From NCBI GenBank assembly GCA_963843375.1, contig CAWJKT010000013.1, positions 32,610 through 96,609 on the forward strand: DNA of 64,000 nt. The letters are read 5' to 3'. Positions within the stretch are counted from its first letter, which is position 1, and each line of letters starts with the position of its first letter. Both the position numbers and the translations under genes were made by a program. The notes beneath the pieces were generated by a model. It saw only the letters and a program-made list of their open reading frames with translations, was not told the DNA's origin and made no database searches. Source of the stretch: an uncultured Pseudomonadota bacterium (lineage in GTDB: Bacteria; Oederibacteriota; Muellerivitia; Muellerivitales; Muellerivitaceae). Positions 1-11,314 of the stretch are shown one piece after another.

Positions 1-1388
1 ACTCCAAAAGCCATCAAAACCAACAAACCGATCTTTCCCAGCGTCATAATAAAATTCTGCTGTTCTTCCATCTGAGTCTCCTTCAAGCTCGCCAAAGCTT
101 GGGTGTTATCAAATGGCATGTTCTCAACTTCCACTTGATCGCCCCGATTTAAATCCAACCCCGCCGCCGCAATGACCGCCGTTTTAATTGCGTCAACTTG
201 TTGAGGTTGAAGGTTATCCACAAAAACTCCCACTGAAATTCTTTTCGGAGATCCCGGAGCCACGACATTGTGCTTGACCGTCCGATTGACTTCATAATTG
301 GTAATATTTTGTTCTTTAGAATATTGGGAATTGGATCCTTGAACGGCTTGATATCCAGGAATATTCGAATCTGTCCCCGGAACCCCTCCAACGATACTCG
401 ACGGAAACCCGCCATCACCCACATATTGTTCTTTTTGGGCGTCTACGGAACGAGCAATCCCCTGGCCATCCACGACTGGCTCAAAAATTTCCGAGTCATT
501 TTCGGTTTTATCAAAATTCAACTCAGCGGAAACAGAAACGGCAAACCGGCTATTGCCGCCAAAAACCTTGGTCAACATTGATGTTACTTTTCGTTCCAAA
601 TCTTTTTCAAAACTTTGCTGAACTTCCATTTCATGAAGAGTCAGTTTCGCTTGTTGGGTAAGAGTGCTTGCCATCCGGGTTATCAGGATTGTTTTCTTGT
701 TGCTCTTCCTGGATAAAAGCCGAAAGAATATTTCCCTTGCTATCAATGACATTCACATTTTCCGGATTCAATCCTTCAACACTAGCGGAAACCAAGTGAA
801 CAATACCTCGAACTTGTTCTTTTTTAACTTGTTCATCAGGCTTGAGTTCCAAAACTACCGAGGCGGTTGTAGGTTTTTCTTTTTCCGTAAAAAGTTCCGG
901 CTCGGGCATAACAATACTAACCCGGGCGCTTTCAATTTGTTGCAGACTGCCAATGGTTCTTTGAAGTTCGCCTTCTAAGGCCCTTTTATAATTCACTTTT
1001 TGGGTGAAATCAGTTGACCCCCATTTCGGTTGATCAAAAATCTCATAGCCAACGCCCGTTCCCCGGGGAAGTCCCTGGCCCGCAAGTGCAAGCCGCGTGT
1101 CATAAACCTTATCCGAGGGCACCAAAACCATCACAAAATTGTCTTTGCTGGCCAAACTGATAGGGAATATTTTCTTTTTTCAACTCGGTTGTTACTTCCG
1201 CAGCATCTTTTTGTTCCAGATGTGAATAAAGAACTTCAAAGCGGGACTGGGAAGAAACAAAAATGAAAACCACGAGGCCAATAAAAAGAGCCAAGAGGAA
1301 TAGCAACAAGGAGTATCTTCTGAGTTCTATTAAACCGACCCCAAATTTCTTTAAATTGCTGTATCAATTGTTGGAGAAAATTGTTCAA
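1..1388 (-). CDS. fliF: Flagellar M-ring protein FliF (3'-partial, split by several indels)
   Basis: Fragments 1236-1427, 1109-1309 and 631-1155 carry FliF motifs (LYSHLEQKDAAEV, GYEIFD, RALEGELQRTI, ARVSIVMP, SASVEGL). TTG start at 1388 after GAGG; follows fliE. Confidence 0.93.
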
Positions 1389-1445
1389 TCTTTCCTCGCC
1401 ATTATTAAGATCAAAATCAAGTCTCAATCTAACTGCCCAAGTTGT

Positions 1446-1772
1446 TTAAATCTGCATTTGGCTGACAGTTTGATAAGCTTCCAATATTTTATTGCGTATT
1501 TGAATTCCATACTGCAATGTCATACTGGCTTTTTCCATTGCGATAATGACATCATGCAAATTTTCTTCCCCACCAGTCGCAAGACTTTTAATAGCATCAC
1601 TTCCGCCCACTTGGCTCGCATTAAGATCGGTCAAAGCCTTTTTCAGTAAATCTTTGAAATTCGAAGGCGAAACTTCCGCCGTATTTTGCGCCGCATCGAC
1701 GGAAAGATTCGGAATCGGAGCAATCATACCTTGGGTCAAGGATATCGGCATTTGGATGGGTTGAATTTCCAT
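1446..1772 (-). CDS. fliE: Flagellar hook-basal body protein FliE
   Basis: LHDVIIAMEKA...QIRNKILEAYQ..MQI signature; lies between flgC and fliF. Confidence 0.95.
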   Translation of the reverse strand: MEIQPIQMPISLTQGMIAPIPNLSVDAAQNTAEVSPSNFKDLLKKALTDLNASQVGGSDAIKSLATGGEENLHDVIIAMEKASMTLQYGIQIRNKILEAYQTVSQMQI

Positions 1773-1811
1773 CGACTAAACCTTTAATCGATTTCAGAAA
1801 TCTTTTAAATC

Positions 1812-2267
1812 TTATTTACCAATGGTCAAAGCTTGTAACGCCATTGACTTCGTTGCGTTAAAAGCCGTTATATTTGCCTCATAAGCACGGGTCGCAGAAA
1901 TCATATCAACCATTTCATTCACAACATTTACATTCGGATAAGCCACATATCCCTCGGCATTGGCATCGGGATGGCCAGGGTCATAAACCATATGAGGCGG
2001 AGTAGGGTCATTTTGAATCGACGTCACTCTCACCCCAACCGGCAAACCCTCCGGCGTCATAGTAGCTAATAGGGGAGCAAACGTAGGCGCCGGATCAAAA
2101 CGAGGAGAAAAAACAACCCGTTGACGGATATAAGGCCCTCCCTCCAGCGTCCGAGTTGTATTTGCATTGGCTATATTATTTGAAATAACATCCATTCGTA
2201 AACGTTCAGCCGTTAAAGCGGAAGCCGAAATAGCAAAAGGCGCAAAAACTCCCGAAAGAGCTCCCAT
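1812..2267 (-). CDS. flgC: Flagellar basal-body rod protein FlgC
   Basis: SNNIANANTT, YDPGHPDA, PNVNVVNEMVDMISATRAYEAN. Confidence 0.97.
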   Translation of the reverse strand: MGALSGVFAPFAISASALTAERLRMDVISNNIANANTTRTLEGGPYIRQRVVFSPRFDPAPTFAPLLATMTPEGLPVGVRVTSIQNDPTPPHMVYDPGHPDANAEGYVAYPNVNVVNEMVDMISATRAYEANITAFNATKSMALQALTIGK

Positions 2268-2270
2268 AAA

Positions 2271-2695
2271 TTATGCTCTCCCTTCCGTAATGGCATGTTT
2301 GAGGTCGGCGATATAGCGGCCGGTCACATCAGCCAAGCTGTTGTACAGAAGATTATTTTCAGCAAGAAGACCGGATTCCATTTCCAAATCCACATTATTG
2401 CCGTCATTTCTTCCAATTGTTTCCGTAATGGTTCTGAATATCAGGTTTAAAATCATTCAAAGAAATGGTTTGGGGAATTGGAAAATGTTTTGGATTCGTT
2501 CGCCACAAAGCAGAAGGCTGATTGATCGCCAAGGCGTTTTTTAGCTTATCTTGAAATGAAACAACCGAACGCTTGAATTGAGGGGTATCGATGTTGGCTA
2601 AATTATTTGCAATGGCCTCATGTTGAACCGCCAATGAATCAAGGCTTTTTTGCAAAACCATCATAGGATCAACTGGCGACGACAGGATTAATCAC
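2271..2695 (-). CDS. flgB: Flagellar basal-body rod protein FlgB (two indels)
   Basis: ANNLANIDTP in 2404-2664 and DGNNVDLEME in 2271-2456; GTG at 2695 after GGAGG. Confidence 0.93.
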
Positions 2696-2932
2696 GCTGG
2701 CTCCTCCGGACAAAGTCCAATCCAAGCGAATAAAAAACTCAACCGTTTTTCACAAATGAAACTTGGATGCGGCTAGAAGAAACAAGGGCGCGAATTTCCG
2801 TCAGTGGCGAAAAATTAGTGTCATTATGACAAAGCTTTTATCACTGTCAAGAAATAACAACCTAGAAACCCTTTATTTTCCAAGCCTTTCAGCTTCGCCT
2901 TCCTGTTCAAAACCTGACAACAATTTTTCAGG

Positions 2933-3202
2933 CTAAAAAATTAATGCCGATGACCAACGCTCAATAATTTGGATTTTCACATTTTTTTCACGAGCAAGCA
3001 ATGCCTTTATACCCCGTAGATTTATGCCTTGATCGGAAAACCCAGCAATCTTTTTGCAAAGGAGAATATCTTTTTCGTTATAAATTCGCGTCCGATTACG
3101 CCCAATGCGGGATATCTTCAATAATCCAAGACGTTCCCAATTGCGGAGGGTTTGCTCATGAACCCCAATCTTTGTCGCAATTTCTTTGATGGTCAGTATC
3201 AT
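2933..3202 (-). CDS. MerR-family HTH protein (DNA-binding domain only)
   Basis: TIKEIATKIGVHEQTLRNWERLGLL...RIY MerR HTH pattern. Confidence 0.85.
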   Translation of the reverse strand: MILTIKEIATKIGVHEQTLRNWERLGLLKISRIGRNRTRIYNEKDILLCKKIAGFSDQGINLRGIKALLAREKNVKIQIIERWSSALIF

Positions 3203-3412
3203 TCCACACCCTTTTGAGGAGGTTGACAATACCCCACTAAACTTAATGATAACGTTATTGTAAGAAGGGGAAATGCTTAAGAAAGAGAGAAGCTTGGTAG
3301 GTCATGCTTACCGAAACTTTTTTCTTAAATTCCACTAATTTTAGTAGGGTTTAATTAAACCACACAACATATGGGGGGGTGGTTCTATTTCATTATAAAT
3401 TAAGGTGAAAAG

Positions 3413-5565
3413 CTATTTTAGAGCTTTAAATCTTCGAACACAATTTCGACCGGAATTTTTGGCCTCATAAAGCGCCTGGTCAGCCGATTGAATTAAACCC
3501 TTTTGATCTCGGGCATCGAAAGGATAAGAAGCAATGCCAACAGATACCGTTACTCGGTAAAGGCTTTTGCCATTATTTTCAAATAAGTAACTTTCAACGT
3601 TTTTTCGGATTCTTTCCGCCAAATCCTTCCCGACATTACCATCTGCTTCGGGAAGAATTACCGTAAATTCTTCTCCACCATAACGAGCGACGGTATCAAT
3701 TTTGTCCCGAACGGTTCCCTGGATAACATCCGAAACTATCCGAAGAACTTTATCGCCTTCCTGATGCCCATAACTATCATTAAATTTTTTAAAGTGGTCC
3801 ACATCCAAAAGAGCCAAACTTAAATCTTTATTAAAACGTTCGGCCTTTTTTATTTCATTCGGCTAGTTGTTCTTGAAAATAACGATGGTTATAAGCTCCC
3901 GTCAAACCGTCTCTTATAGCCATATCGTGTATTTGTTTGACCATCAAGGCATTTTCAAGAACAATTGCCGTCTGGTTGGCTAAAGTGGATAACACATCCT
4001 GATCATATTCCTGATAGGTATCGGGTTTAGTACTGTTTAAACGGATAACCCCCAAAATATCCTCCCCGACCAAGAGCGGAATCATGAGAAAGGATTGGGT
4101 TGACCCCAACATACCTTCTTTCCTAGAAAAAGAATTAAGACTCTTGTCTTTTTGTCCACGGGTATAGCGGATAGGTTTTTTATTTTCTAAAACCCATGAA
4201 GCCAATTCATCTTCCAGATATTCAGGTTTTTCCGTTCCCCGGGAATGACCACGCCATGCCAGAACCCGAAATCTCTTTTTATCTCCTCTTCTACGAGGGC
4301 AAGATAAGATGAATCGCAATGGCATAAATCCGCGGCCGTTTTCAAAGCGGTTTCCATTACCGAATTGGCATCCAAAACCGAAGTAAAAGATTTAGAGACT
4401 TCGTACAAAGCGTGAAGATTTCTCGTTTTGGTCCTGGAAAAATGCATGATTCTTGCGTTTTCAATGGTGTCCGCCAGCATTGATCCAAATATGTTCGGCC
4501 AAGACCAATTCCCTTTCATTAAAAAAGCCCGTTTTCAAATGATCCAAAATCAAAACTCCTATCAGTTCCGAATCCTCATGGACACTCGTTTCCGAATGTT
4601 TACTGTTCAGGTAAACCGGTTGAGCTAAAAAAGAGCCTATCGAATCCGGTTTAAGGTAGTAAGGAAGTGCTCTGAGCGCTTTCCAAAGCAATATCATTCA
4701 AAAGAACCCGTCTTCCTTCCTTGGCGGAAAGTCCCACCAGTGTTTCCCCGAGTTGAAGAGTCACATCCGTAGCGATTGATTCCGAAACGCTTGAAAAAGC
4801 TCTAAGTCGCAACACTTTCTTGTTTTGGATATTGGTCAAAAGAAAAAAAACAGCGGAATGAAGAGAAAGGGATTTTTGAAAAAGAGATAATTGACGCGAT
4901 AAGTTTTCTTCCAATTCCATTACGGTTCCAACCCGGGCCGAAAGACGATTTTCTTCCATTAACAGCTTATCTTTGGGGACATTAAAGGAGGATGGTTCCG
5001 CTTCCGAAGCCAATTGGATGGCATCATTTTTGAGAGCTTCCAAGCGATGGTTTAATTGCTCTTTTTCTTTGCGGGTCTTGACCACCCGAGTTAGGAAAAA
5101 GGCGGAAACTAAATAAGCCGCCCAACGAAGATAAAGAGAAAGCCCTTGAGGGGCGTCTTCTTTCCGGAGATAAAAAGCCTCCAAAAAGATGAAAACCAAG
5201 GCCACCCAATAACCAAAGAGAGCCTCCCCTTCCCAAGCGGCAATTCCCATCAAAAGGAAAACACCGAAAAGAAGCGGAGATTGCTCGCCCCCCGTGCTTT
5301 GGGCCAGCAAATTAAAACCAATAACGGTTCCCAAAAGGAACAAGGCGCGATTTGATTTGGAGAAGGCCTGAATGCGGATTAAGAGGAATAACCAGAAAAA
5401 CGTTGCGATCCAGGAAAGGACAAGCCACGCGGAGGAAACATCAACCAGCTGACGGATGCAAACACCACTGGCGGCTAAAAAAAAGGCAACCGCTAAGCCG
5501 ACATAGGCAAACCACTTTCCCATGTTTCTGCTAGAACTAGTAGAAGAGTGGTTCGCCAACGCCAA
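3413..5565 (-). CDS. Membrane-bound GAF-GAF-GGDEF diguanylate cyclase (split by several indels)
   Basis: N-terminal multi-TM region (4651-5565), GAF pieces (IPLLVGEDILGVI, LANQTAIVLENA), DGLTGAYN, DVDHFKKFNDSYGH, RYGGEEF, ADQALYEAK. Confidence 0.9.
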
Positions 5566-5571
5566 TTTAAA

Positions 5572-5676
5572 TTAAAGCCTGCCTTGCCGACGCAGCAAGG
5601 CCCGCATCTTCTTGCGGTGTTTTTTGCGTTTATGGGTTTTAATTTTTTGACGATGGCGTTTTTTACCACAAGGCAT
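5572..5676 (-). CDS. Small basic protein, AURKAIP1/COX24 (bS22-like) family
   Basis: Manual translation MPCGKKRHRQKIKTHKRKKHRKKMRALLRRQGRL with GGAGG upstream; below the ORF-track cutoff. Confidence 0.8.
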   Translation of the reverse strand: MPCGKKRHRQKIKTHKRKKHRKKMRALLRRQGRL

Positions 5677-5766
5677 TCCAGAACCCTCCATTAATAATAT
5701 AATTCAAAAACAACGGGGTTGCTTTCGGCCCACAGTTTAACAGGAAACAAACATCCTGCAACAGCA

Positions 5767-6185
5767 TTACTGAATTCTCATGCATTTTGCCGTGGCTTCC
5801 GCCACGACCGTCCCATCTTCCAACTTGGCTTCCGCTGCCGTGAAATGAATATTCCTTTTGGTTTCCACATGCCAAGCCGACAAAAACACTTTTTGATTTA
5901 CCGGACAAGGGGCTTTTAAACGCACCTGATACTCGGCCGTGACGGCTTTTTCGCCTCTCAGCCAATAAAGGTTGACCATCATCTCGTCCAAAAGGGTTCC
6001 GAGAACACCTCCGTGAACCACATCGGCGAAACCCTGATACTCCTTTGAAACAACCGCTTCCGACAAAAGTCTTTTCCTTCTCATAAGCGAAACTTCATTT
6101 TAAATCCCAAGGGATTTTTTTCCCCACAACAAAGGCAATAATGGTCATCTGTAAAGATATTGTCCACTATGTTTCTATCATCCAT
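5767..6185 (-). CDS. PaaI/hotdog-fold thioesterase (indel near 6085)
   Basis: CLCCGEKNPLG N-terminus (manual), then YQGFADVVHGGVLGTLLDE. Confidence 0.88.
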
Positions 6186-7245
6186 GATGGATTTGACTTT
6201 TCTCTTAGAGGCAGCCTTGAGAGATCGATTATAAGGGATTCGGCAAACGCCCGTCTCAAGGACAATGGCGGTAATAAGATTTCCCCGGCGTCACATCGAA
6301 GGCGGGGTTATAAACAGGATAGCTTTCTTTCGCGATAGGAACCCCTTGTGGATGGGTTACCTCCCTGGAGTTTCTTTGCTCGATAATGATTTCCTTGCCG
6401 TTTTTTTAGTTAGATCCAGGGTCGTAGTCGGAGCGGAAACATAAAATGGTATTCCATGGGCCTTCGCAAGAACCGCAAGGGCATAGGTACCAATCTTATT
6501 GGCGGTATCGCCGTTGGCCACAATGCGATCCGCCCCAACAATAACAGCATCCACCTTCCCATCCTTCATCAGGGAGGCCGACATGTTATCGGTAATGAGG
6601 TGAAAATCGATTCCGGCATGGTCCACCTCATAAGCCGTCAAGCGGGCCCCTTGCAGATAAGGCCTGGTTTCATCCACCCACACATGAAGTTTTCGGTTCT
6701 TTCGGGCCGCCGTGGTGATTGCCGCCAGAGCCGTCCCATCTCCTCCGGTCGCCAAAGCCCCGGTATTGCAATGGGTCAAAACATTTTTGCACCCAGACAA
6801 TAAACCCGCTCCATACTTCCCCAAGTCTGGTGCATAGGGCTTCGTCTTCCCGATGAATGGCGACCGCTTCTTTTTCCAATTCTTTTTTTTGGAGCACCAC
6901 TGGAGAATCTTTCAGTCTTTCTAATTTCTTTTGCATCCGATCCAAAGCCCAAAAAAGATTTACGGCGGTTGGCCTTGTTTTACGAAGTCGGGAAATGGCC
7001 TTTACTATTTCTTCTTTAAACAAGATCGAAGAAGAAGTTCTGGATCGAACCCCTGCCACCGCAACCCCATATGCTGCCGTTATGCCGATGGCGGGGGCCC
7101 CACGAACGGTCATATCCTCGATAGCGCTGGCGACCTGTTCCACCGTCTGGCACTTCACCCACTTTTCCTCGAATGGAAGAAGTCTTTGCTCCAAAAGGTA
7201 AAGTGAGCCGTTCACCCAACGAATAGGTCTCAAATTTGTCGGCAT
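6186..7245 (-). CDS. mtnA: S-methyl-5-thioribose-1-phosphate isomerase (several indels; 3' end approximate)
   Basis: [62 protein letters not shown]. Confidence 0.93.
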
Positions 7246-7246
7246 A

Positions 7247-8074
7247 TTATTTAGATTCCAAGGAAGCGATAACTTCCTTCATAAGAACTGTCAATTTCGG
7301 CTCAGCTTCTTGGGCGTGTTTGATGATTTTCTGGATATCGGCCGGTTCCAACGTATCCGCCACACATTTATCCGTCACAACCGATATTCCCAATACTTTC
7401 AAGCCGCTATGCACAGCCACTATAACTTCCGGAACCGTGGACATGCCCACCACATCGGCAAAAGTCGAGAGCCATCGATATTCGGCCCGGGTTTCCAAAT
7501 TAGGCCCCGTCACGGCTGCATAAACCCCTTTTCGAACCTGGATATGTTTTTCCCAGGCGACCTTCTCTGCTATTTTGATCAACTCTTTTGAATAGGGCTC
7601 GATCATATCTGGCCATCGGACGCCTAACCGATCATCATTTTTCCCAATCAAGGGATTGTCCCCCATCAGGTTCACATGGTCATCGATAATCATCAAATCA
7701 CCTGGATTATAAGTACGGTTCATTCCACCGCATGCGTTCGATACCAGCAAATATTTGATCCCTAAAGCCTTCATCACCCTCACTGGAAAAGTCACTTGTT
7801 GAAGGGTATAGCCCTCATAGCGATGGAATCGTCCCTTCATTGCCACCACAGAGGTATTCCCGAGCTTTCCAAATACAAGCTGCCCGGCATGGGATTCCAC
7901 CGTCGATAAGGGGAAATGAGGGATTTTTTCATAAGGTATAACGGTAGGCTCTTTAATTTCGTGGGCTAAAGCACCTAATCCCGTCCCAAGAATGATTCCC
8001 ACTTTGGGGTCCATTGGGGTTACTTTTCGAATTTCTTTGACCGACTCCTGAATTTGTTCGAACAATTCTGTCAT
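7247..8074 (-). CDS. Purine-nucleoside phosphorylase (trimeric PNP/MTAP family)
   Basis: [34 protein letters not shown]. Confidence 0.93.
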   Translation of the reverse strand: MTELFEQIQESVKEIRKVTPMDPKVGIILGTGLGALAHEIKEPTVIPYEKIPHFPLSTVESHAGQLVFGKLGNTSVVAMKGRFHRYEGYTLQQVTFPVRVMKALGIKYLLVSNACGGMNRTYNPGDLMIIDDHVNLMGDNPLIGKNDDRLGVRWPDMIEPYSKELIKIAEKVAWEKHIQVRKGVYAAVTGPNLETRAEYRWLSTFADVVGMSTVPEVIVAVHSGLKVLGISVVTDKCVADTLEPADIQKIIKHAQEAEPKLTVLMKEVIASLESK

Positions 8075-8086
8075 GGACGCCTCTTT

Positions 8087-8386
8087 TTATTGGTTTAAAG
8101 CAGCAAGTATTTCGGTTTTTTTCAGCCCTGTAATTAGAACAATCTTGTGCCGGGATTGTTGTCCCGAAAGTAAACTCACTGATTTTTTTGACTTTTTGAA
8201 TATTTTCGCCAAAAATTCCACAAGCGCTTCATTCGCGGCACCCTCAACCGGTGGAGCTATTAATTTTATTTTTAACACTCCCTGTTCCTCACCCACTATT
8301 TGATTCTTGGAAGACCGGGGAATCACTTTAAGAGAAAGGGCACAACACAAATTTGATTCACGGATAAATGATCCTGAAATGTCCAA
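8087..8386 (-). CDS. yggU: DUF167/YggU family protein
   Basis: LKVIPRSS...APPVEGAANEALVEFLA...GQQSRHK. Confidence 0.9.
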   Translation of the reverse strand: MDISGSFIRESNLCCALSLKVIPRSSKNQIVGEEQGVLKIKLIAPPVEGAANEALVEFLAKIFKKSKKSVSLLSGQQSRHKIVLITGLKKTEILAALNQ

Positions 8387-8391
8387 GACTT

Positions 8392-8691
8392 TTAACCGCG
8401 CATCGAAAAGCTAAAGAGAACCAACCACGGGACACCATATAAACTGATAATTAAAAATAAAACAGCCAAAAGAAGTCCTCTAGAGTTAAAGAAATCAACT
8501 TTAATTTCAAAATACCGATCACTCCATTGTAAGAATGGAAATGAGATCCGGAACAAGGTTCGTCGAATCGGATTCAATCCAGCGCCAGGAAATAAATGAA
8601 CCAACCACTCTAAAACTAGAATAAAAGCTTCGAGATTACATACAATCGCTAAAAGATAAGCCAAATCCGCGATTAAGTACGCCATTTCCAT
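8392..8691 (-). CDS. YggT-like membrane protein (divergent)
   Basis: Two hydrophobic segments and NPIRRTLFRISFPFL; position in yggS-proC-yggT-yggU order. Confidence 0.65.
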   Translation of the reverse strand: MEMAYLIADLAYLLAIVCNLEAFILVLEWLVHLFPGAGLNPIRRTLFRISFPFLQWSDRYFEIKVDFFNSRGLLLAVLFLIISLYGVPWLVLFSFSMRG

Positions 8692-8705
8692 CCCATCCTC
8701 GCACT

Positions 8706-9528
8706 TTAATTGGACATTTGCCTTAATTCGGCGCACCGTTTGGTAGCCGCCTCAATCGCTTCATGAACCGTTTCCCGAAAACCTTTTTCTGCCATCTTGG
8801 TTAAGGCAGCTTGAGTTGTTCCGCCGGGTGAAGTTACCTGAATCCGCAGTTCCTCAGGGGTCTTTCCTGTCTCCAAAACCATACGTGCCGAACCATAAAC
8901 CGTCTGGGCTACCAAAAGATGAGCCACCTTTGCGGAAAGCCCGCCTTCTATAGCCGATTCGATCATAGCTTCGACCATATGGAAAATATAGGCTGGACCA
9001 CTTCCGGAAATCGCCGTCACCAAATCCATTTGATTTTCATCCACTTGAACTGCACGGCCAACAGCTGAAAAAAGGTTTAAAACCAATTTAACATGGGAAT
9101 TTTTAGCTCTTTTCCCTCCTGCAACCGCGGCCATGCCGGCGCTCTAAAAGGGCTGGGGTATTGGGCATAACCCTCACGACTGGGCAGCCTTGAGGAAGAC
9201 TTTGTTCAATTTGTTCCGTCGATACGCCCGCGGCGATGGAAACTACTAACGCACTTTTAGGAAATTCTTTTCCGGCTTGGGCCAAAAGATCTCTCATCTG
9301 CTGGGGTTTTACCGCCAAAAGAACCAGACCCGCGCCTTTTAAAGCATGGGATGGGTCGACTCCGGCTTTAATTTTGAATTGGGAAGCCATTTTTTTACAC
9401 TTGGCCTGGTCCACATCCAAAGCCGTAATGAGGCCCGGCTTAATCATTTTTGAAGAAATCCAACCTTTGACCAGGGCGCTTCCCATTGCCCCTATCCCGA
9501 ACACAACTGTTTTTTGGCCGACCTTCAT
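8706..9528 (-). CDS. proC: Pyrroline-5-carboxylate reductase (indel near 9140)
   Basis: GIGAMG, LAVKPQ, SIAAG, RVMPNTP, then SGSGPAY and VTSPGGTT. Confidence 0.95.
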
Positions 9529-9591
9529 GGTTCACCTTTCCTTATAGCTCTATCCATTCTAATTGCCAGAAAGCTTTTTCAACACCATTTA

Positions 9592-10270
9592 TTACCTAGG
9601 GCCAAATAAAGCCGTTCCAACCCTTACCAAAGTCGAGCCTTCCTCAATCGCCATTTCAAAATCTCCGCTCATGCCCATGGATAGAATGGAAAAACCGGCA
9701 CCGGCAAACCCATTTGTTTTTATTTTCTCAAACAATTCCTTCAGTTTTCTAAAAGCATCCCGTCGTTTTTGAAGATCATCCGTTAAAGGGCCAACTGTCA
9801 TGAGTCCCCTCAATTTCAACCGTGGTAACCGAGTTATTTTTTCAGCCGTTTCAAGCGTTAGCTCCGGTGCAACACCCGCCTTGGTTTCCTCGTTGGAAGT
9901 GTGGACCTCCAGTAGAACATCCTGAAAGCCATCTCCCAGCCGGGATGATAACGACTCCGCCAAAAAAAGCGAATCGATCGAATGAATCAATACAAACTTT
10001 CTTAATCACCTTGTTGATTTTATTGGTTTGAAGCTGACCTATTAGGTGCCAGCGGATATCGGCTGGAAGTTCACTTATTTTGGGAAGAGCTTCCTGAACC
10101 CGGTTTTCTCCAAAATCCCGCAACCCCGCCTCAAAAGCCTGGCGGATAATTTCAACTGGAAAAGTTTTAGTTACCGCCAAAAGGGTGATTTCTTCTGGTT
10201 GCCGACGGGACCGAACAGCGGCATCCGCAATCCGCTTTTGGATATCCTGAATGCGGTCATCAAGACCCAT
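9592..10270 (-). CDS. yggS: PLP homeostasis protein YggS (indel near 9990)
   Basis: LLAVTK, FGENRVQE, WHLIGQLQTNK, LRGLMT, LSMGMSGD, VRVGTALFG. Confidence 0.95.
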
Positions 10271-10329
10271 GGAGAACTTCCCATCCTTTTGATGATCCAT
10301 CGGTCAATGAAAAGGTGTTGGGATGCCTT

Positions 10330-11284
10330 TTATTTCAAAACCGCCTGGGCTTGGGGAGATTTGGGCTTCGAGAGAAGGTCCCACTCCACCAAAATAGGGC
10401 TTGCCACAAAGATGGAGGAATAGGTCCCTACCACGATTCCCAAAAGGAGGGTCAAGGCGAAATCCTTCAAGACATCTCCGCCCATGATACAAAGGGGCAA
10501 AAGGGTCAAGAATACCGTACTGCTGGTGTTGATCGTCCGGCTTAAGGTTTCATTGACGCTCAAATTCACCAAACCCATAAAAGTCCGGTCTTTGACTAAG
10601 AACTTCATGTTTTCCCGGATCCGATCAAAGGTAACAACCGTGTCATTCAAGGAATACCCTGCCAAGGTAAGAAGGGCGGTTACCTGTAAAAGATTGAATT
10701 CCCGTTTGGTTAATACAATGATGCCCAGGATCACCAAAATATCATGGATAGTGGTAATGACCGCCGACACCCCAAACTCAAATTTTTTGAACCGCCAAAC
10801 GATGTAAACCAGGATGCCCATCATCGATAAAAAGAAGGCCTTAAAGGCATCATCCCGAAGCTTTTGGGATACCGCAGGGCCCACCTCATCACTTCCATCC
10901 AAGGAAAATTTTGCATTCGGGAAATTTTTATTAAAAACGCCCAAAACATCGTCCCCAATGCTTCCCACAACCTTCCCGGCGATCATACTTGATTTTGATG
11001 ATCAGTCTTAAACCCTTGGAACTATCGTCTTTGACCTGCTGAATTTGGGCTTCAGGATATCCGTCGGTTTTAAGCGACTGGCGGATTTGGTCGACCTCAA
11101 CATTATTTTGCGACGACATGCGCAGTAAGACTCCTGCGCCAAAATCCGTCCCTAAATTGGCCTTGCCCTGCCACAACAACACACAGGCGTAAAGCCCCGC
11201 CAGACATCCCAATGCGGAAAGCCCCAGGAAAAACCGGCGTGGAGCCATAAAGTCGATTTTCGGCTCATTGAACCATTGAAACAA
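10330..11284 (-). CDS. secF: Protein translocase subunit SecF (indel near 10985)
   Basis: NLGTDF, VGPAV, HDIL, GYSLNDTVVTFDRIREN, TLSRTINTS, GTYSSIFVA. Confidence 0.95.
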
Positions 11285-11314
11285 TTGGGTTTCGAAAACG
11301 ACCTTTCATCATAA

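Noticed and set aside
2696..2930. c-di-GMP riboswitch or sigma-54 promoter upstream of flgB
   Set aside because: No GEMM-like GGCAAACC core or correctly oriented GG-N10-GC recognised.
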